Shown in pieces: positions 31,347 through 41,109 of a stretch of DNA of 64,000 nt. Within the stretch, counting starts at the first letter, position 1. Every line of letters begins with the position of its first letter. Location of the stretch: assembly GCA_963735595.1 (NCBI GenBank), contig CAVTLK010000005.1, forward strand, positions 288,001-352,000, given 5' to 3'. The position numbers and the translations under genes were made by a program. Under the pieces are notes generated by a model. That model was not told the origin of the DNA, did no database searches, and was given only the letters and a program-made list of their open reading frames with translations. This stretch comes from an uncultured delta proteobacterium. GTDB lineage: Bacteria; Desulfobacterota; Zymogenia; Zymogenales; Zymogenaceae.

Positions 31347-32168
31347 CTACGCGAACGACACATCCAAAATCATCATAATCAGAAAGCCAAGCATCGTGCC
31401 GCCGGTGGCCAGGTGCGTGTTGCCCTCTCGCTGCGATTCGGGGATCACCTCTTCCACCACCACGAAGATCATGGCCCCGGCCGCGAATGCCAGGGCGTAA
31501 GGGAGCAGCGGTCTGGCTATGACGACCACCATTGCGCCGATTACGGCAGCCACCGGCTCGACCACCGCGGAAAGCTGGCCGTACCAGAAGCTCTTCAGGC
31601 GGCTCATCCCTTCCCTGCGGAGCGGGGCCGATATCGCCAATCCTTCGGGCAGGTTTTGGATTCCTATTCCCACCGCCAGGGCGACTGCGGCCGGAAGCGT
31701 GGTGAACGAGGCGCCGGCCCCCACCGAGCCGAAGGCAACCCCAATCGCCAGCCCCTCGGGGATGTTGTGCAGGGTGATGGCCAGCACCAGCAGGACGCTC
31801 CGGTTCCAGGAGGTTCGTATTCCTTCGGCCTCATTCGTGGGAAACCCGATGTGAAGGTGCGGCAGGACCGCGTCGACCGATCGCAGGACGGTGAACCCGA
31901 GCAGGAAACCGGCCGCGGCGGGAAACCATGACGCGATCACGTGCCCTTGCGACAACTCGATGGCGGGCGCCAGCAGCGACCAGAAGCTGGCGGCGATCAT
32001 AACGCCGGCGGCAAGCCCCAGCATGAAGTCGAGGAGCTTCTTGCTGACTTGTTTTGTCGCGAATATGACCGACGCCCCGAGCGCGGTCAGCGCCCAGGTA
32101 AAAATGCCGGCCGCGAGCGCCTGCGAAGCCGGATTCATCTGCCGCACGTAATCAAGCATATCCACCAT
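31347..32168 (-). CDS. ZIP-family (ZupT/GufA) metal transporter
   Basis: AGVMIAASFWSLL, LHNIPEG, IQNLPEG, EEVIPES. Confidence 0.93.
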   Translation of the reverse strand: MVDMLDYVRQMNPASQALAAGIFTWALTALGASVIFATKQVSKKLLDFMLGLAAGVMIAASFWSLLAPAIELSQGHVIASWFPAAAGFLLGFTVLRSVDAVLPHLHIGFPTNEAEGIRTSWNRSVLLVLAITLHNIPEGLAIGVAFGSVGAGASFTTLPAAVALAVGIGIQNLPEGLAISAPLRREGMSRLKSFWYGQLSAVVEPVAAVIGAMVVVIARPLLPYALAFAAGAMIFVVVEEVIPESQREGNTHLATGGTMLGFLIMMILDVSFA

Positions 32169-32380
32169 TGTCCCGATCTCCCGGCAACGTATTCAACAAA
32201 GCGGCTCACGGCACAGCATCCGCGCGTCGCATTGATATACCGATACGAAAAAGAAGACGGAGGTTCGTCCCCGCGCGAGTATTCGGGGGGGGGTAAGTAT
32301 CCGATGTATCACTTCTCCTAGTGCGCGGGAAGCGGGCCGTATCGTATGGGTTGCCTCCCGCCGTCACCGAACCGCGCCGA

Positions 32381-32776
32381 TTACTTCCCGGCCTTGAGCA
32401 GGTCGCGGATCTCGGCCAGCAGCTTCTCCTGATTCGAGGGCCCGGGGGGCGCTTCCTCTTTCTTCTTCTGCAGCTTATTCATCCCGAGCACAACCAGAAA
32501 GATCGCAAACGCGATGATGATAAAGTCGATGACCGTGTTGATAAAGACGCCGTATTTGACCGCAACCGCGGGGACTTCGCCGGACGCGTCCTTGAGGGTG
32601 ATCATCAGGTTCGAAAAGTCCACCCCGCCGAGCAACATACCGATGGGTGGCATGAGGACGTCGGTTACAAACGAGCTGACGATCTTGCCGAACGCCGCGC
32701 CGATCACGATGCCGACCGCCATATCGACCACGTTTCCGCGCATGGCGAAGTTCTTGAACTCCTTCAACAGGCCCAT
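32381..32776 (-). CDS. mscL: large-conductance mechanosensitive channel
   Basis: [33 protein letters not shown]. Confidence 0.98.
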   Translation of the reverse strand: MGLLKEFKNFAMRGNVVDMAVGIVIGAAFGKIVSSFVTDVLMPPIGMLLGGVDFSNLMITLKDASGEVPAVAVKYGVFINTVIDFIIIAFAIFLVVLGMNKLQKKKEEAPPGPSNQEKLLAEIRDLLKAGK

Positions 32777-32854
32777 CACACACCTCCGTAATTACTGCGT
32801 GTTTGCTTTTTAAATGCCCGGGAGCGCTATTTAAAAAACCGGGCGGTAACGACA

Positions 32855-32883
32855 ATACTACCACCCGTCTTCCAGAACGTCAA
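32855..32883 (-). promoter_or_regulatory. sigma70-type promoter of mscL
   Basis: TTGACG-17 nt-TAGTAT on the minus strand. Confidence 0.6.
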
Positions 32884-33096
32884 CTATCGCCCGTCGCGTT
32901 ACGGCGGCGCGCCGCCCGATAGACAAAATCCGCGTCTTTGCGCGGATTTTTCTAAAGATGTCGGGGCAATGTCGTGTACCGGTTCTCAGCAAACCGCCCT
33001 GAAAAACCGACGCTTGTATTCACTCCCTTTATCGGTATCTCCCGCCCGAACCGCCGGGAGGAGCGTTCCAGCACGCGCGCGGCCGTATCCGGCAGG

Positions 33097-33693
33097 CTAA
33101 GCCATCTTGATCTCGTAGTAGCACGTGTCGTCACCCTTTGCCTTGCATTTCGTCTCGATGACCTGCCCCGCGTTTTTGCCGTACGCCCAGTCGGCGATGT
33201 ATTGAAGCGCACCTGTATATTGAAGACAGACCGGCCTGTTCGTTCCCGAGGCGTGATACGGTGAGCACACCGTGCAGTCAAAGCAGTCGAAATCAACCCT
33301 CCCCGTGCCGGTCATCACCGTCTTCCCCTTGCCGATCACAATCGAGAGGAATTCGCTGCACTTGTTATATTTTTCATCGGGGGTAAGGTCCTTAAAGGCG
33401 TCAAACGCATGGCCGAACTCGTTCCCGTATTGTACGGCCGCGTATCCGACCCGCCTCCATATGCTCAGCGCTCCCTTGAGCCCGACGAGCTCGGCGACCT
33501 CGATATAGAGCCGGGATTGTGATTCCACGGAAATGTTGGGACTCAAATCGTACGGGGGGGGAGCGTCATAGATGTCCTCGAACCCCGCATTTCTGAAAAC
33601 TATTCTCGCGCCGTTGTTCCCCAGGATTTCGGTGAAGCAATCGACAGCCGCACGTATGGACATATTCGTCGCCCTTCTCTCGTCGCTGCTCAT
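33097..33693 (-). CDS. stand-alone V4R-domain protein
   Basis: Cys-containing FDC..C, PVC..YTGAL, ETKCKAKGDDTCYYEI V4R signature; AGGAG RBS. Confidence 0.85.
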   Translation of the reverse strand: MSSDERRATNMSIRAAVDCFTEILGNNGARIVFRNAGFEDIYDAPPPYDLSPNISVESQSRLYIEVAELVGLKGALSIWRRVGYAAVQYGNEFGHAFDAFKDLTPDEKYNKCSEFLSIVIGKGKTVMTGTGRVDFDCFDCTVCSPYHASGTNRPVCLQYTGALQYIADWAYGKNAGQVIETKCKAKGDDTCYYEIKMA

Positions 33694-33861
33694 AATGGAC
33701 AACTCCTAAAATTGATAATGTTAGCATAGCAAAACGGTATTGTACAATCGCTTTCGCGCCCTTTGGGTCTCGCGGATGGCTCCACCACGCACGCACTGCG
33801 CCCGGCAGATCGTACGACCCTCAATCCAGGCGAGCGAGGAATTGAGGCCCAGTAATACTAG

Positions 33862-33878
33862 AGCAATTACTATACCAA
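33862..33878 (-). promoter_or_regulatory. sigma54-type promoter (-24/-12)
   Basis: TTGGTATAGTAATTGCT = GG-N10-GC, pointing at the V4R gene. Confidence 0.65.
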
Positions 33879-34000
33879 GCTGGAATAGAGGGGCTTTGAA
33901 TTATTTACGATACTCTTAAGAAAAAGACGGAGTTTATAGCACGAATGTCCTAACCGGTCGCAACGCGCCTTCCGAACGAAGTGGCTGGATGAACGCAAAC

Positions 34001-34016
34001 TGCCAAATATTTGGCA
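34001..34016. promoter_or_regulatory. perfect 16-bp palindrome, candidate activator site
   Basis: TGCCAAATATTTGGCA, about 125 bp upstream of the sigma54-like element. Confidence 0.55.
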
Positions 34017-34232
34017 CCGGAGGGAGTTGCACGGTATTACTGGCTTTTAACCTGGCTCAAAGCGCAAATTATTCTTCAGGTCGTTTAATAAACAGGCAAA
34101 GATGTTTCCGAATTTCGTGCAGACCGCTTCAATTATTCGTATTTTTCGTTGGGTACACCTAAAAAGAAGGAAAAAGGGGCACGGTCTCCGTTTGGACTCG
34201 ATTTACCCGGCCCTCCGCAGGCCTTCGGTCCC

Positions 34233-34592
34233 TCACTCCCGCACCGGGAGCTCCCGCCCGCACCTCCGGCACGAGCGCACCACGCCGCGCTTTCGGTCGT
34301 TCCTGAAGACGTGATCCATTACGTCGCAATCCGGGCAGAGGTCGAAGTTTCGGAAGAGAACCTTCCCCTCGGCCGTCCTGATGAACTTGATGTCGACAAA
34401 CCTGAGCCAGAAGCGGTTGGTCGCCTCGGTCATCTTCCCGTCGGCCGACACCTCGTCGAATAAAAACCCCCCCACCCCGATGATGAAGGCCCCCCGGGGC
34501 AGCACGACGGCATTGCGGCCGGGGTCATAGGACCCGCCGTGGGCCAATCCGGGAGTGTTTACGCCCTCGGTAAGTACGATCTCGATACCCAT
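34233..34592 (-). CDS. hypothetical protein with C-terminal zinc ribbon
   Basis: CPDC...CRRC; GGAGAGG RBS. Confidence 0.65.
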   Translation of the reverse strand: MGIEIVLTEGVNTPGLAHGGSYDPGRNAVVLPRGAFIIGVGGFLFDEVSADGKMTEATNRFWLRFVDIKFIRTAEGKVLFRNFDLCPDCDVMDHVFRNDRKRGVVRSCRRCGRELPVRE

Positions 34593-34844
34593 CGCGCCTC
34601 TCCGCTTGCAGAAAAAAGTGAACCATATCAGCGGGCGGCGTCGTTGTCAAGAACTCTCGGAGGCGGATACGTCGTGTGCGCCGCAGACGCATTTTTAGAT
34701 TGATACGCGCACCGTTCTCGTGTAGTCTATACCCTACGTCCACCGATAATTCTCACCGGCGCTCCACTCTCTCTGACGACGATGGTCTTCCTCGGCGATC
34801 TGGAAAAAGCGGCACAATTACGTAACCATTCGCGGAGTCCACCC

Positions 34845-36473
34845 ATGAAACCGACCGGCCACACCCTCTGCCCGACAAACCTTATCCACGACGCACTTTC
34901 CGAGGCGGCGCGGCCGCTGCCGGACGGTTCCTCCCGCACGGCCTATATCTTTCGCGACAGACGCATCAGCTTTAAAGACGTGGACGAGGCCTCCGACCGG
35001 GTTGCGGCGGGCCTGCTGAAGCTCGGGGTCGTCCGGGGCGACCGCATCGGGATGATCGGCGCCAATCAGCCCGAATGGCTCTACACCTATTTTGCCGCCG
35101 CCAAGATCGGGGCGACGGTCGTGGCCCTCAACGTCCGCTACCGGGACGTGGAGCTCGAATATATGCTCAACCAGAGCCAAACCAGGGCCCTGGTCACCAT
35201 CACCGAGCTTGGGGGTTTTGACTACGTGGGATTCTTCGACTCGTTTCGGGCGCAGATCCCCACGGTGACCGACTTTATTTTCATAGAGTCCGATTCGACC
35301 CCGGCCGACGCGATCGGGAAATTTTCCGGCGGCCACTCGTATCGCCGACTCTTGGAGGCGCCGGTTGACGAGGCCGCGCTGGCCAAGGCCAGGGCGGCGG
35401 TGGTCCCCGGCGACCTGATTATCATCATCTACACCTCCGGGACCACGGGAAAACCCAAGGGGGCGGCCATCTCCCACAAGAGCCAGCTCGCCTCGGCCCG
35501 GGCCCAGGTAGAGCACGCCGGGATGACCCACGAGGACAGTCTGCTGGTGGTGCTGCCGCTCAACCATGTGGGGGGCATCACCTGCGCGATCCTCTCCAGC
35601 ATCCTGGCGAAGGCTGCCGGCGTACTGATCCCCATCCCCGACCCCGGAGACGTGGTCAGGCAGGCGGCCGCCTACGCCCCCACGGTCTACGGCGGCGTGC
35701 CCACCCTCTATACTATACTCTTCATGAACCCGGACTTCCTCAAGCTCGACATGAGCGGGGTGAGGCTTGCGATATGCGGCGGCTCTAACGCGGAGCCGGC
35801 GCTGCTGACCCGAATCCAGGAGGTTTTCCCCAACGCGAAGGTGATGAACCTCTACGGCCTCTCGGAGACCTCCGGCGCGGTCGTGCTTTCGCCATGGGAG
35901 AGCGATTTCGAGACGACGGTGCGCTCCATCGGCAAACCGATCAGCGATTTCAGGGTCAAAGTAGTCGATCCGGCGGGTGCGGAGCTACCGACCGGGGAGG
36001 TCGGCGAGCTTTGCTTTTCGGCCGACGCCGTCTGCCGGGGGTATTTCAGGATGCCCGGGGAGACCGCCGAGACCTTCGATAAGGACGGCTGGCTCCATAC
36101 CGGGGACATGGGGTGCCTTGACGAACAGGGGTACATCACGCTCAAGGGGAGAAAGAAGGAGATGTACCTGCAGGGTGGCTACAACGTCTACCCGGTGGAG
36201 GTGGAAAACCTCCTCGGCAAACACCCGAAGGTCCTCATGGCGGCGGGTATCGGCGTGCCCGACCCGGTGCTGGGGGAGGTAGGCCGCTACTATATCGTGC
36301 CCCGGCCGGGGACCGACCCCACCGAGGAAGAGCTCAAGGCCTACTGCAAACAGCACCTTGCCGACTATAAAGTCCCCCGGCAGATCGTCTTTCGGGAGTC
36401 GCTCCCGCTGACCCCGGTGGGAAAGATCATGAAACTGAGACTCAGGGAAGAGTTCGAAAAGTCGGAACAGTAG
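34845..36473 (+). CDS. long-chain acyl-CoA synthetase family (class I adenylate-forming)
   Basis: YTSGTTGKPKG, YGLSE, WLHTGD, NVYPVEVE, TPVGKI. Confidence 0.93.
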   Translation: MKPTGHTLCPTNLIHDALSEAARPLPDGSSRTAYIFRDRRISFKDVDEASDRVAAGLLKLGVVRGDRIGMIGANQPEWLYTYFAAAKIGATVVALNVRYRDVELEYMLNQSQTRALVTITELGGFDYVGFFDSFRAQIPTVTDFIFIESDSTPADAIGKFSGGHSYRRLLEAPVDEAALAKARAAVVPGDLIIIIYTSGTTGKPKGAAISHKSQLASARAQVEHAGMTHEDSLLVVLPLNHVGGITCAILSSILAKAAGVLIPIPDPGDVVRQAAAYAPTVYGGVPTLYTILFMNPDFLKLDMSGVRLAICGGSNAEPALLTRIQEVFPNAKVMNLYGLSETSGAVVLSPWESDFETTVRSIGKPISDFRVKVVDPAGAELPTGEVGELCFSADAVCRGYFRMPGETAETFDKDGWLHTGDMGCLDEQGYITLKGRKKEMYLQGGYNVYPVEVENLLGKHPKVLMAAGIGVPDPVLGEVGRYYIVPRPGTDPTEEELKAYCKQHLADYKVPRQIVFRESLPLTPVGKIMKLRLREEFEKSEQ

Positions 36474-36583
36474 GCACGGCCCACGAGAGTCCGGTTTTCG
36501 CCGGGATACGCGTTGGCGCCCCGGCCCCGGCGGCGGCCTGCCGCCCGGAACGCCGGTTTTCATCCGGAAGGCGAGGTTAGGCG

Positions 36584-37453
36584 ATGGAATTGAACGCAGC
36601 CCTTCTTGGTTTAATCGTCTTCGGCCACATCACCGACGAGGCGAGCCCGCTCCGGCGGCTCCTCCTGAAGGGCTATGCATCCAAGGAGGTCGAGCTCCTC
36701 AAAATCCTTTTCCGTGTCAGCCGCCTTTCGATCATGAAACGGGCGTGGTTCCGAAAGCCCTTCTATTATCTCTTCGCCCATTTCCTGGGGACCCGCGGGG
36801 TGGTCTGCCAGGCGGCGACGCTTGCCGAAGCCCATGCCTTCATCGACGACCTTCCCGAGGAGTACGCGCTGGCCGTGGGGCCGTGCCGCTGCCGGGTCGG
36901 CAACAAGAACTGCGACCACGAGGTCATGACGGACATCGTCATCCGCCGCACTGCGCCCATCTGGTACAAGGAGCTCTTCCCGAAGGACTACCGCGTGATT
37001 TCCAAAAAGGAGGCCAAGGAGATTTGCCGGACGTCGCGAAAGGCCGGCATGATCCAGTCGATCGACCGGCACCTCTATTACCGAAACAGCGAAAACTACT
37101 TTGTCGTCTGCAACTGCTGCAAGGAATCGTGCGTCCCGATCATCGCCTACCGGCTCTTCAAGGACGAGCCGTACCGGTTCTTCCCCTCGCGTTCCGTTTC
37201 GACGGTGGACGAGGCAAAATGCCGGTCCTGCGGCACGTGCATCGAGGCCTGCCCCTTCGAGGAACGGACGCTCGCGTCCGGGGACGGGCGGGCCGCCCGC
37301 AGCGGCGGAAAAACGGCTGCCCGCTCCAGCAAGATCGTCGCCCGCGTGCTCAACTGCCAGGGATGCGGGCGCTGCGCCGACGTCTGCCAGGCGAAAGCGA
37401 CGTTCATGATACCGCGGGAGGACTCTCCGCTGCGGGACGTGAAACCGTGGTGA
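36584..37453 (+). CDS. 4Fe-4S dicluster protein
   Basis: CRCR, CNCCKESC, CRSCGTCIEACP, CQGCGRCADVC. Confidence 0.85.
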   Translation: MELNAALLGLIVFGHITDEASPLRRLLLKGYASKEVELLKILFRVSRLSIMKRAWFRKPFYYLFAHFLGTRGVVCQAATLAEAHAFIDDLPEEYALAVGPCRCRVGNKNCDHEVMTDIVIRRTAPIWYKELFPKDYRVISKKEAKEICRTSRKAGMIQSIDRHLYYRNSENYFVVCNCCKESCVPIIAYRLFKDEPYRFFPSRSVSTVDEAKCRSCGTCIEACPFEERTLASGDGRAARSGGKTAARSSKIVARVLNCQGCGRCADVCQAKATFMIPREDSPLRDVKPW

Positions 37454-37517
37454 GACACCGGGAGAACAACCGCCGTAACCCCGAAAATCCCGGTGTGGAG
37501 GATGAGAACCGCCGATC

Positions 37518-38420
37518 ATGGGTAAGAGAAAAATCGGGATCGTGTTCATGAGAACGATACGAGGGATCGCCGTCCTAATCCTGCTCGGGCTGTCGACGCT
37601 GGCCGGCGGCGATCCCTTCGGAACGGCGGAGCCGCTCTGGAGCCGCTATTTCGAAAAGAACCCCCGGGTGAGAGAGATACTCGGTACGCGCGATATACCC
37701 CTCACGGATCGGGAGCGGTGCGAGGCGGTCCGGGAGATGTTCCGAGAGGCCGGGCCGGCCGAGCCGGTACTGGAGGCGTCGGATTGTATTGAGACGTGCC
37801 CGGGAAACGTAGTTGGGAAGCTGCCGGGGCCCGCGCCCGGCGCGATCATCATCTCGGCACACCTGGATCGGGCCGGATCGGGGGAGGGGGCGGTCGACGA
37901 TTTCTCCGGGGTGGTCATGGTGGCGATGCTGCTGGGCCATTTCCGGGACCGGATGCACAGACATACGCTGATATTTGTCGCGTTCGACGGGGAGGAAGAG
38001 GGCCTGAACGGCTCGCGTCGGTTTATCGAGACAAGCACACACATGCCGAAGGATGTCCTGGCCGTAATCAACCTCGAGTGCCTCGGCGTCACGTTTCCCC
38101 GCTCGTGGGAGGAGGGGTCGTCGGAGTCGCTCGAGGAGATGTTTATCACAGCCGGGAAACTAAACCGGATCGATTCCGGGCCCGTATCGGTCAGGGGCGT
38201 GAAGGCCGATTCGATCGCGTTCCTGGAGGCGGGCTATCCCGCGATCACCGTCCATGGTATCGACCCGGAGGATATCAGGCGCCTCGGGACCGGTTGGGAC
38301 CGGGCCGGGGTCGTGCGGACCGACATACTCTCGGTAACCTTCGACGCGCTGACCGAATTTATCCGTGAGCTGGACGCGCTCGCGATCGCCCCGGACGCGG
38401 CAAACGAGACATACCCGTGA
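37518..38420 (+). CDS. M28-family exported peptidase
   Basis: ISAHLD, GAVDDFSG, FDGEEEGLNGS, INLEC. Confidence 0.85.
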   Translation: MGKRKIGIVFMRTIRGIAVLILLGLSTLAGGDPFGTAEPLWSRYFEKNPRVREILGTRDIPLTDRERCEAVREMFREAGPAEPVLEASDCIETCPGNVVGKLPGPAPGAIIISAHLDRAGSGEGAVDDFSGVVMVAMLLGHFRDRMHRHTLIFVAFDGEEEGLNGSRRFIETSTHMPKDVLAVINLECLGVTFPRSWEEGSSESLEEMFITAGKLNRIDSGPVSVRGVKADSIAFLEAGYPAITVHGIDPEDIRRLGTGWDRAGVVRTDILSVTFDALTEFIRELDALAIAPDAANETYP

Positions 38421-38457
38421 AAAATGCGCGCCTTTTTGGTCCGTGCGAAGAAAAATG

Positions 38458-38500
38458 TTGACACGGCGGGGCGTCACGGTAGAATACTGACTGGTCAGTA
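38458..38500 (+). promoter_or_regulatory. promoter with overlapping TetR-type operator
   Basis: TTGACA-16 nt-TAGAAT; TACTGAC-TG-GTCAGTA inverted repeat at 38485-38500. Confidence 0.8.
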
Positions 38501-38519
38501 AACGAGACAAGGACAACTC

Positions 38520-39113
38520 ATGCCGACGAAGGAAGAGCTCAAGAACCGCCGCGAAACCCAGATCACCCGCGCCGCCTACGAGATTATCGCAAAGAACGGG
38601 TACGAAAATATCACCGTCCAGGACATAGCCGATCACGCCGGCTTTTCCAAGGGAATCGTCTACTACTACTTCAAGAGCAAAGACGATGTCATGGTTTCCC
38701 TGTTCAACTCCATTATCGGGGTCATCGACAACCGCTTTGCTGAGGTCAGGAGGAAGAACCCCGATCCCCGGCAGCAGCTCGAAAGCGTCATCAAGATAAG
38801 CCTGGACATTATCAATGAGCATATAGAGTTCTACCGGGTGATCATGGTCTTCTGGACTCACGTCCACCACAAGCAGTTTATGAGAGAGATAAATGCGAAG
38901 CTCTTTTCGCATTGGCGGCGCGAGATCGAAAAGATCCTCAAGCTCGGTGTGGACCGGGGCGTGTTTGCGCCGGGGCTTGCGGTGAGCCTTACGGCATCGG
39001 CCATAATCGCGCGGGTCCTGGGGATATCGCTGCAGTATATCTTCGACCCGAGCGCGTTTGACCTGGGGGTTATGCGGGAGCGGGTCGTCCAGGAAATACT
39101 TTCGAGCGTATAA
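38520..39113 (+). CDS. TetR/AcrR-family regulator
   Basis: ITVQDIADHAGFSKGIVYYYFKSK HTH. Confidence 0.95.
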   Translation: MPTKEELKNRRETQITRAAYEIIAKNGYENITVQDIADHAGFSKGIVYYYFKSKDDVMVSLFNSIIGVIDNRFAEVRRKNPDPRQQLESVIKISLDIINEHIEFYRVIMVFWTHVHHKQFMREINAKLFSHWRREIEKILKLGVDRGVFAPGLAVSLTASAIIARVLGISLQYIFDPSAFDLGVMRERVVQEILSSV

Positions 39114-39213
39114 GGGGGGTGAACGCGGGCAGGGACTCTGTGACGGAGCAGCGGACGGCTCGCAGGCCGCAGTTATAGATCGTTTTGATACAGACACATA
39201 ATGGAGGCCTCCT

Positions 39214-40413
39214 ATGAAGTATCCCGATATTGCATTTGAACCTTTTTTCACGTTCGTCCACCGGCCCCGGATCTTGTATTCCCCGGGTGTGCGGGCCGAG
39301 GTCGCCTATGAGATGGGGCAGCTCGGGGGGACGAAGGCGGTAATCTTCACCGACCAGGGGATCGTCAAGGCGGGGGTCTGCGACATGGTCGCCGACGAGG
39401 TGAAGAAGTCCGACCTCAAGCTCGTGGGGATTTTCGACTCGATCGTCCAGGACGCCCGGATCGACATCATCAACGAGGGGACGAAGTTCTACAAGAAGAA
39501 CGGCGCCGATTGCATGATCGTCATCGGCGGCGGCAGCGTCATGGACACCGCCAAGGCCGTCAACATCATGGTAGGCCAGGGACACGAAGACTTCAAACCG
39601 CTGGCCGAACAGGCGGCACTCTATGACGACGCGAAACGCCTTCCCCCCCATATTGCGTTTCCGACGACGGCCGGGACCGGCAGCGAGGTGACGTTTGCGA
39701 TGGTGGTTCTAGATACGGCTGCCCACGCGAAGCTCTCGGTGGCCCACCCCTACTGCACGTGCGACCTGGCGATGCTCGACCCGGAGCTGATGGTGAAGCT
39801 CCCGCCCAAGATAACGGCGTTTACCGGCATGGACGCGCTCACCCATGCGGTGGAGGGGGTTACCGCCACGTCGGCCGAGCCGATCGCGGATGCGCTCAAC
39901 CTTCACGCGATCCGGATGGTCTTCAAGTTCCTGCCGCTAGCCGTCAAGGAGCCGGACAACGTCGACGCCCGGGGCGGAATGCTGCTTGCCAGCTGCATTG
40001 CCGGCATGGGGTTCGGCAACTCCATGACCGGGGCGGTCCACGCCACGGCCCATGCGCTGGGCGGTGTCTACAGTATCCCCCACGGCCTGGCCAACGCGAT
40101 CATGCTGCCGATCGTGATGGACTATAACGTCGAGGCGACGCCGGAGCGCTTCATGATGGCCGCCGATGCCATGGGGATCAACGTGGAGGGGATGGATCCC
40201 GTCAAGGCCGGCAGGGCAGCGGTCCAGGCCGTCAGGGACCTCAAGAAGGATATCGGGCTTACCGATACGCTGGCGAGCCTCGGCGTGCCGGACGACCGCG
40301 AGAAGCTGCAGCCCCTGGCCGAGACCGCCATGGGAGATTCCCAGATCAGCTACAACCCGAACCCGATCGAGGAATCCGATATCCTGGATCTCTACCTCAA
40401 GGCAATGAAATAA
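39214..40413 (+). CDS. iron-containing alcohol dehydrogenase
   Basis: GGGSVMD, PTTAGTGSE, DALTHAVE, HATAH, PHG. Confidence 0.95.
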   Translation: MKYPDIAFEPFFTFVHRPRILYSPGVRAEVAYEMGQLGGTKAVIFTDQGIVKAGVCDMVADEVKKSDLKLVGIFDSIVQDARIDIINEGTKFYKKNGADCMIVIGGGSVMDTAKAVNIMVGQGHEDFKPLAEQAALYDDAKRLPPHIAFPTTAGTGSEVTFAMVVLDTAAHAKLSVAHPYCTCDLAMLDPELMVKLPPKITAFTGMDALTHAVEGVTATSAEPIADALNLHAIRMVFKFLPLAVKEPDNVDARGGMLLASCIAGMGFGNSMTGAVHATAHALGGVYSIPHGLANAIMLPIVMDYNVEATPERFMMAADAMGINVEGMDPVKAGRAAVQAVRDLKKDIGLTDTLASLGVPDDREKLQPLAETAMGDSQISYNPNPIEESDILDLYLKAMK

Positions 40414-40493
40414 TCGCCGCGGCGTTTAAATGATTACGTGATTTGTGCGGGAAAACGATAGATATCATTTAGTAGATTTATGTGGAGGATACC

Positions 40494-40913
40494 ATGGAAT
40501 TCTGGAAAGACGCCAAAGAGCCTATCGACGCGTTTTTAAAAATGTTTGAAAAATGCATGAAAGACCCGGAGTTATCCGCAGGCCTCAAGAAGGTCAACCA
40601 GGTCATCCTGTTTGACTACACCCAGGACGGCCCCGACTGTTCCTTCTGGATCGACACCCGCGGGGGTAAGCTCACCGCCGGCCCCGGCAAGCCTGCGGAC
40701 AAGCCGGACCTCGTGATGAGCCTGTCGGCGGACGACGCGCACCGGTCATGGTCCAACAAGCTCAACCCGGTCATGGCCATCACCCGGGGCAAGATCAAGG
40801 TCAAGGGATCGGCCACGGGGCTGTTGAAGCTGGCCCCGAAGCTCAAGAGGGTCGCCGAACTATATAATGAGGTACTCACGGAGTCGGGCCAGGAGGCAAA
40901 AATCCTCAAGTAG
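40494..40913 (+). CDS. stand-alone SCP2 (sterol/lipid carrier) domain protein
   Basis: PDLVMSLSADD..LNPVMAITRGKIKVKG SCP2 signature. Confidence 0.88.
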   Translation: MEFWKDAKEPIDAFLKMFEKCMKDPELSAGLKKVNQVILFDYTQDGPDCSFWIDTRGGKLTAGPGKPADKPDLVMSLSADDAHRSWSNKLNPVMAITRGKIKVKGSATGLLKLAPKLKRVAELYNEVLTESGQEAKILK

Positions 40914-41109
40914 GGGGGGATGCGGCCGCTTTTCTATATTGGTGTCCGAAAACAGGCGGTGCCGGCAGGCATACTTCATCGTTTTTTGAATACGGCCCGT
41001 GAGACGTCACGTCACCGGATGCGTCGAGCCACGGGTCCGCGCCGTTGTTTTGTCTGTATCTGAGCACCCGGCACCGCCTCTTCAATCGTACAACAACAAG
41101 GGGGAACGT

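Noticed and set aside
33700..33850. c-di-GMP riboswitch in the V4R leader
   Set aside because: The GEMM consensus is not recognisable; only a simple hairpin is visible
34011..34031. Plus-strand TTGGCAC...TTGCA sigma54-like motif
   Set aside because: GG-to-GC spacing is 14 nt instead of 10, and no plus-strand gene follows
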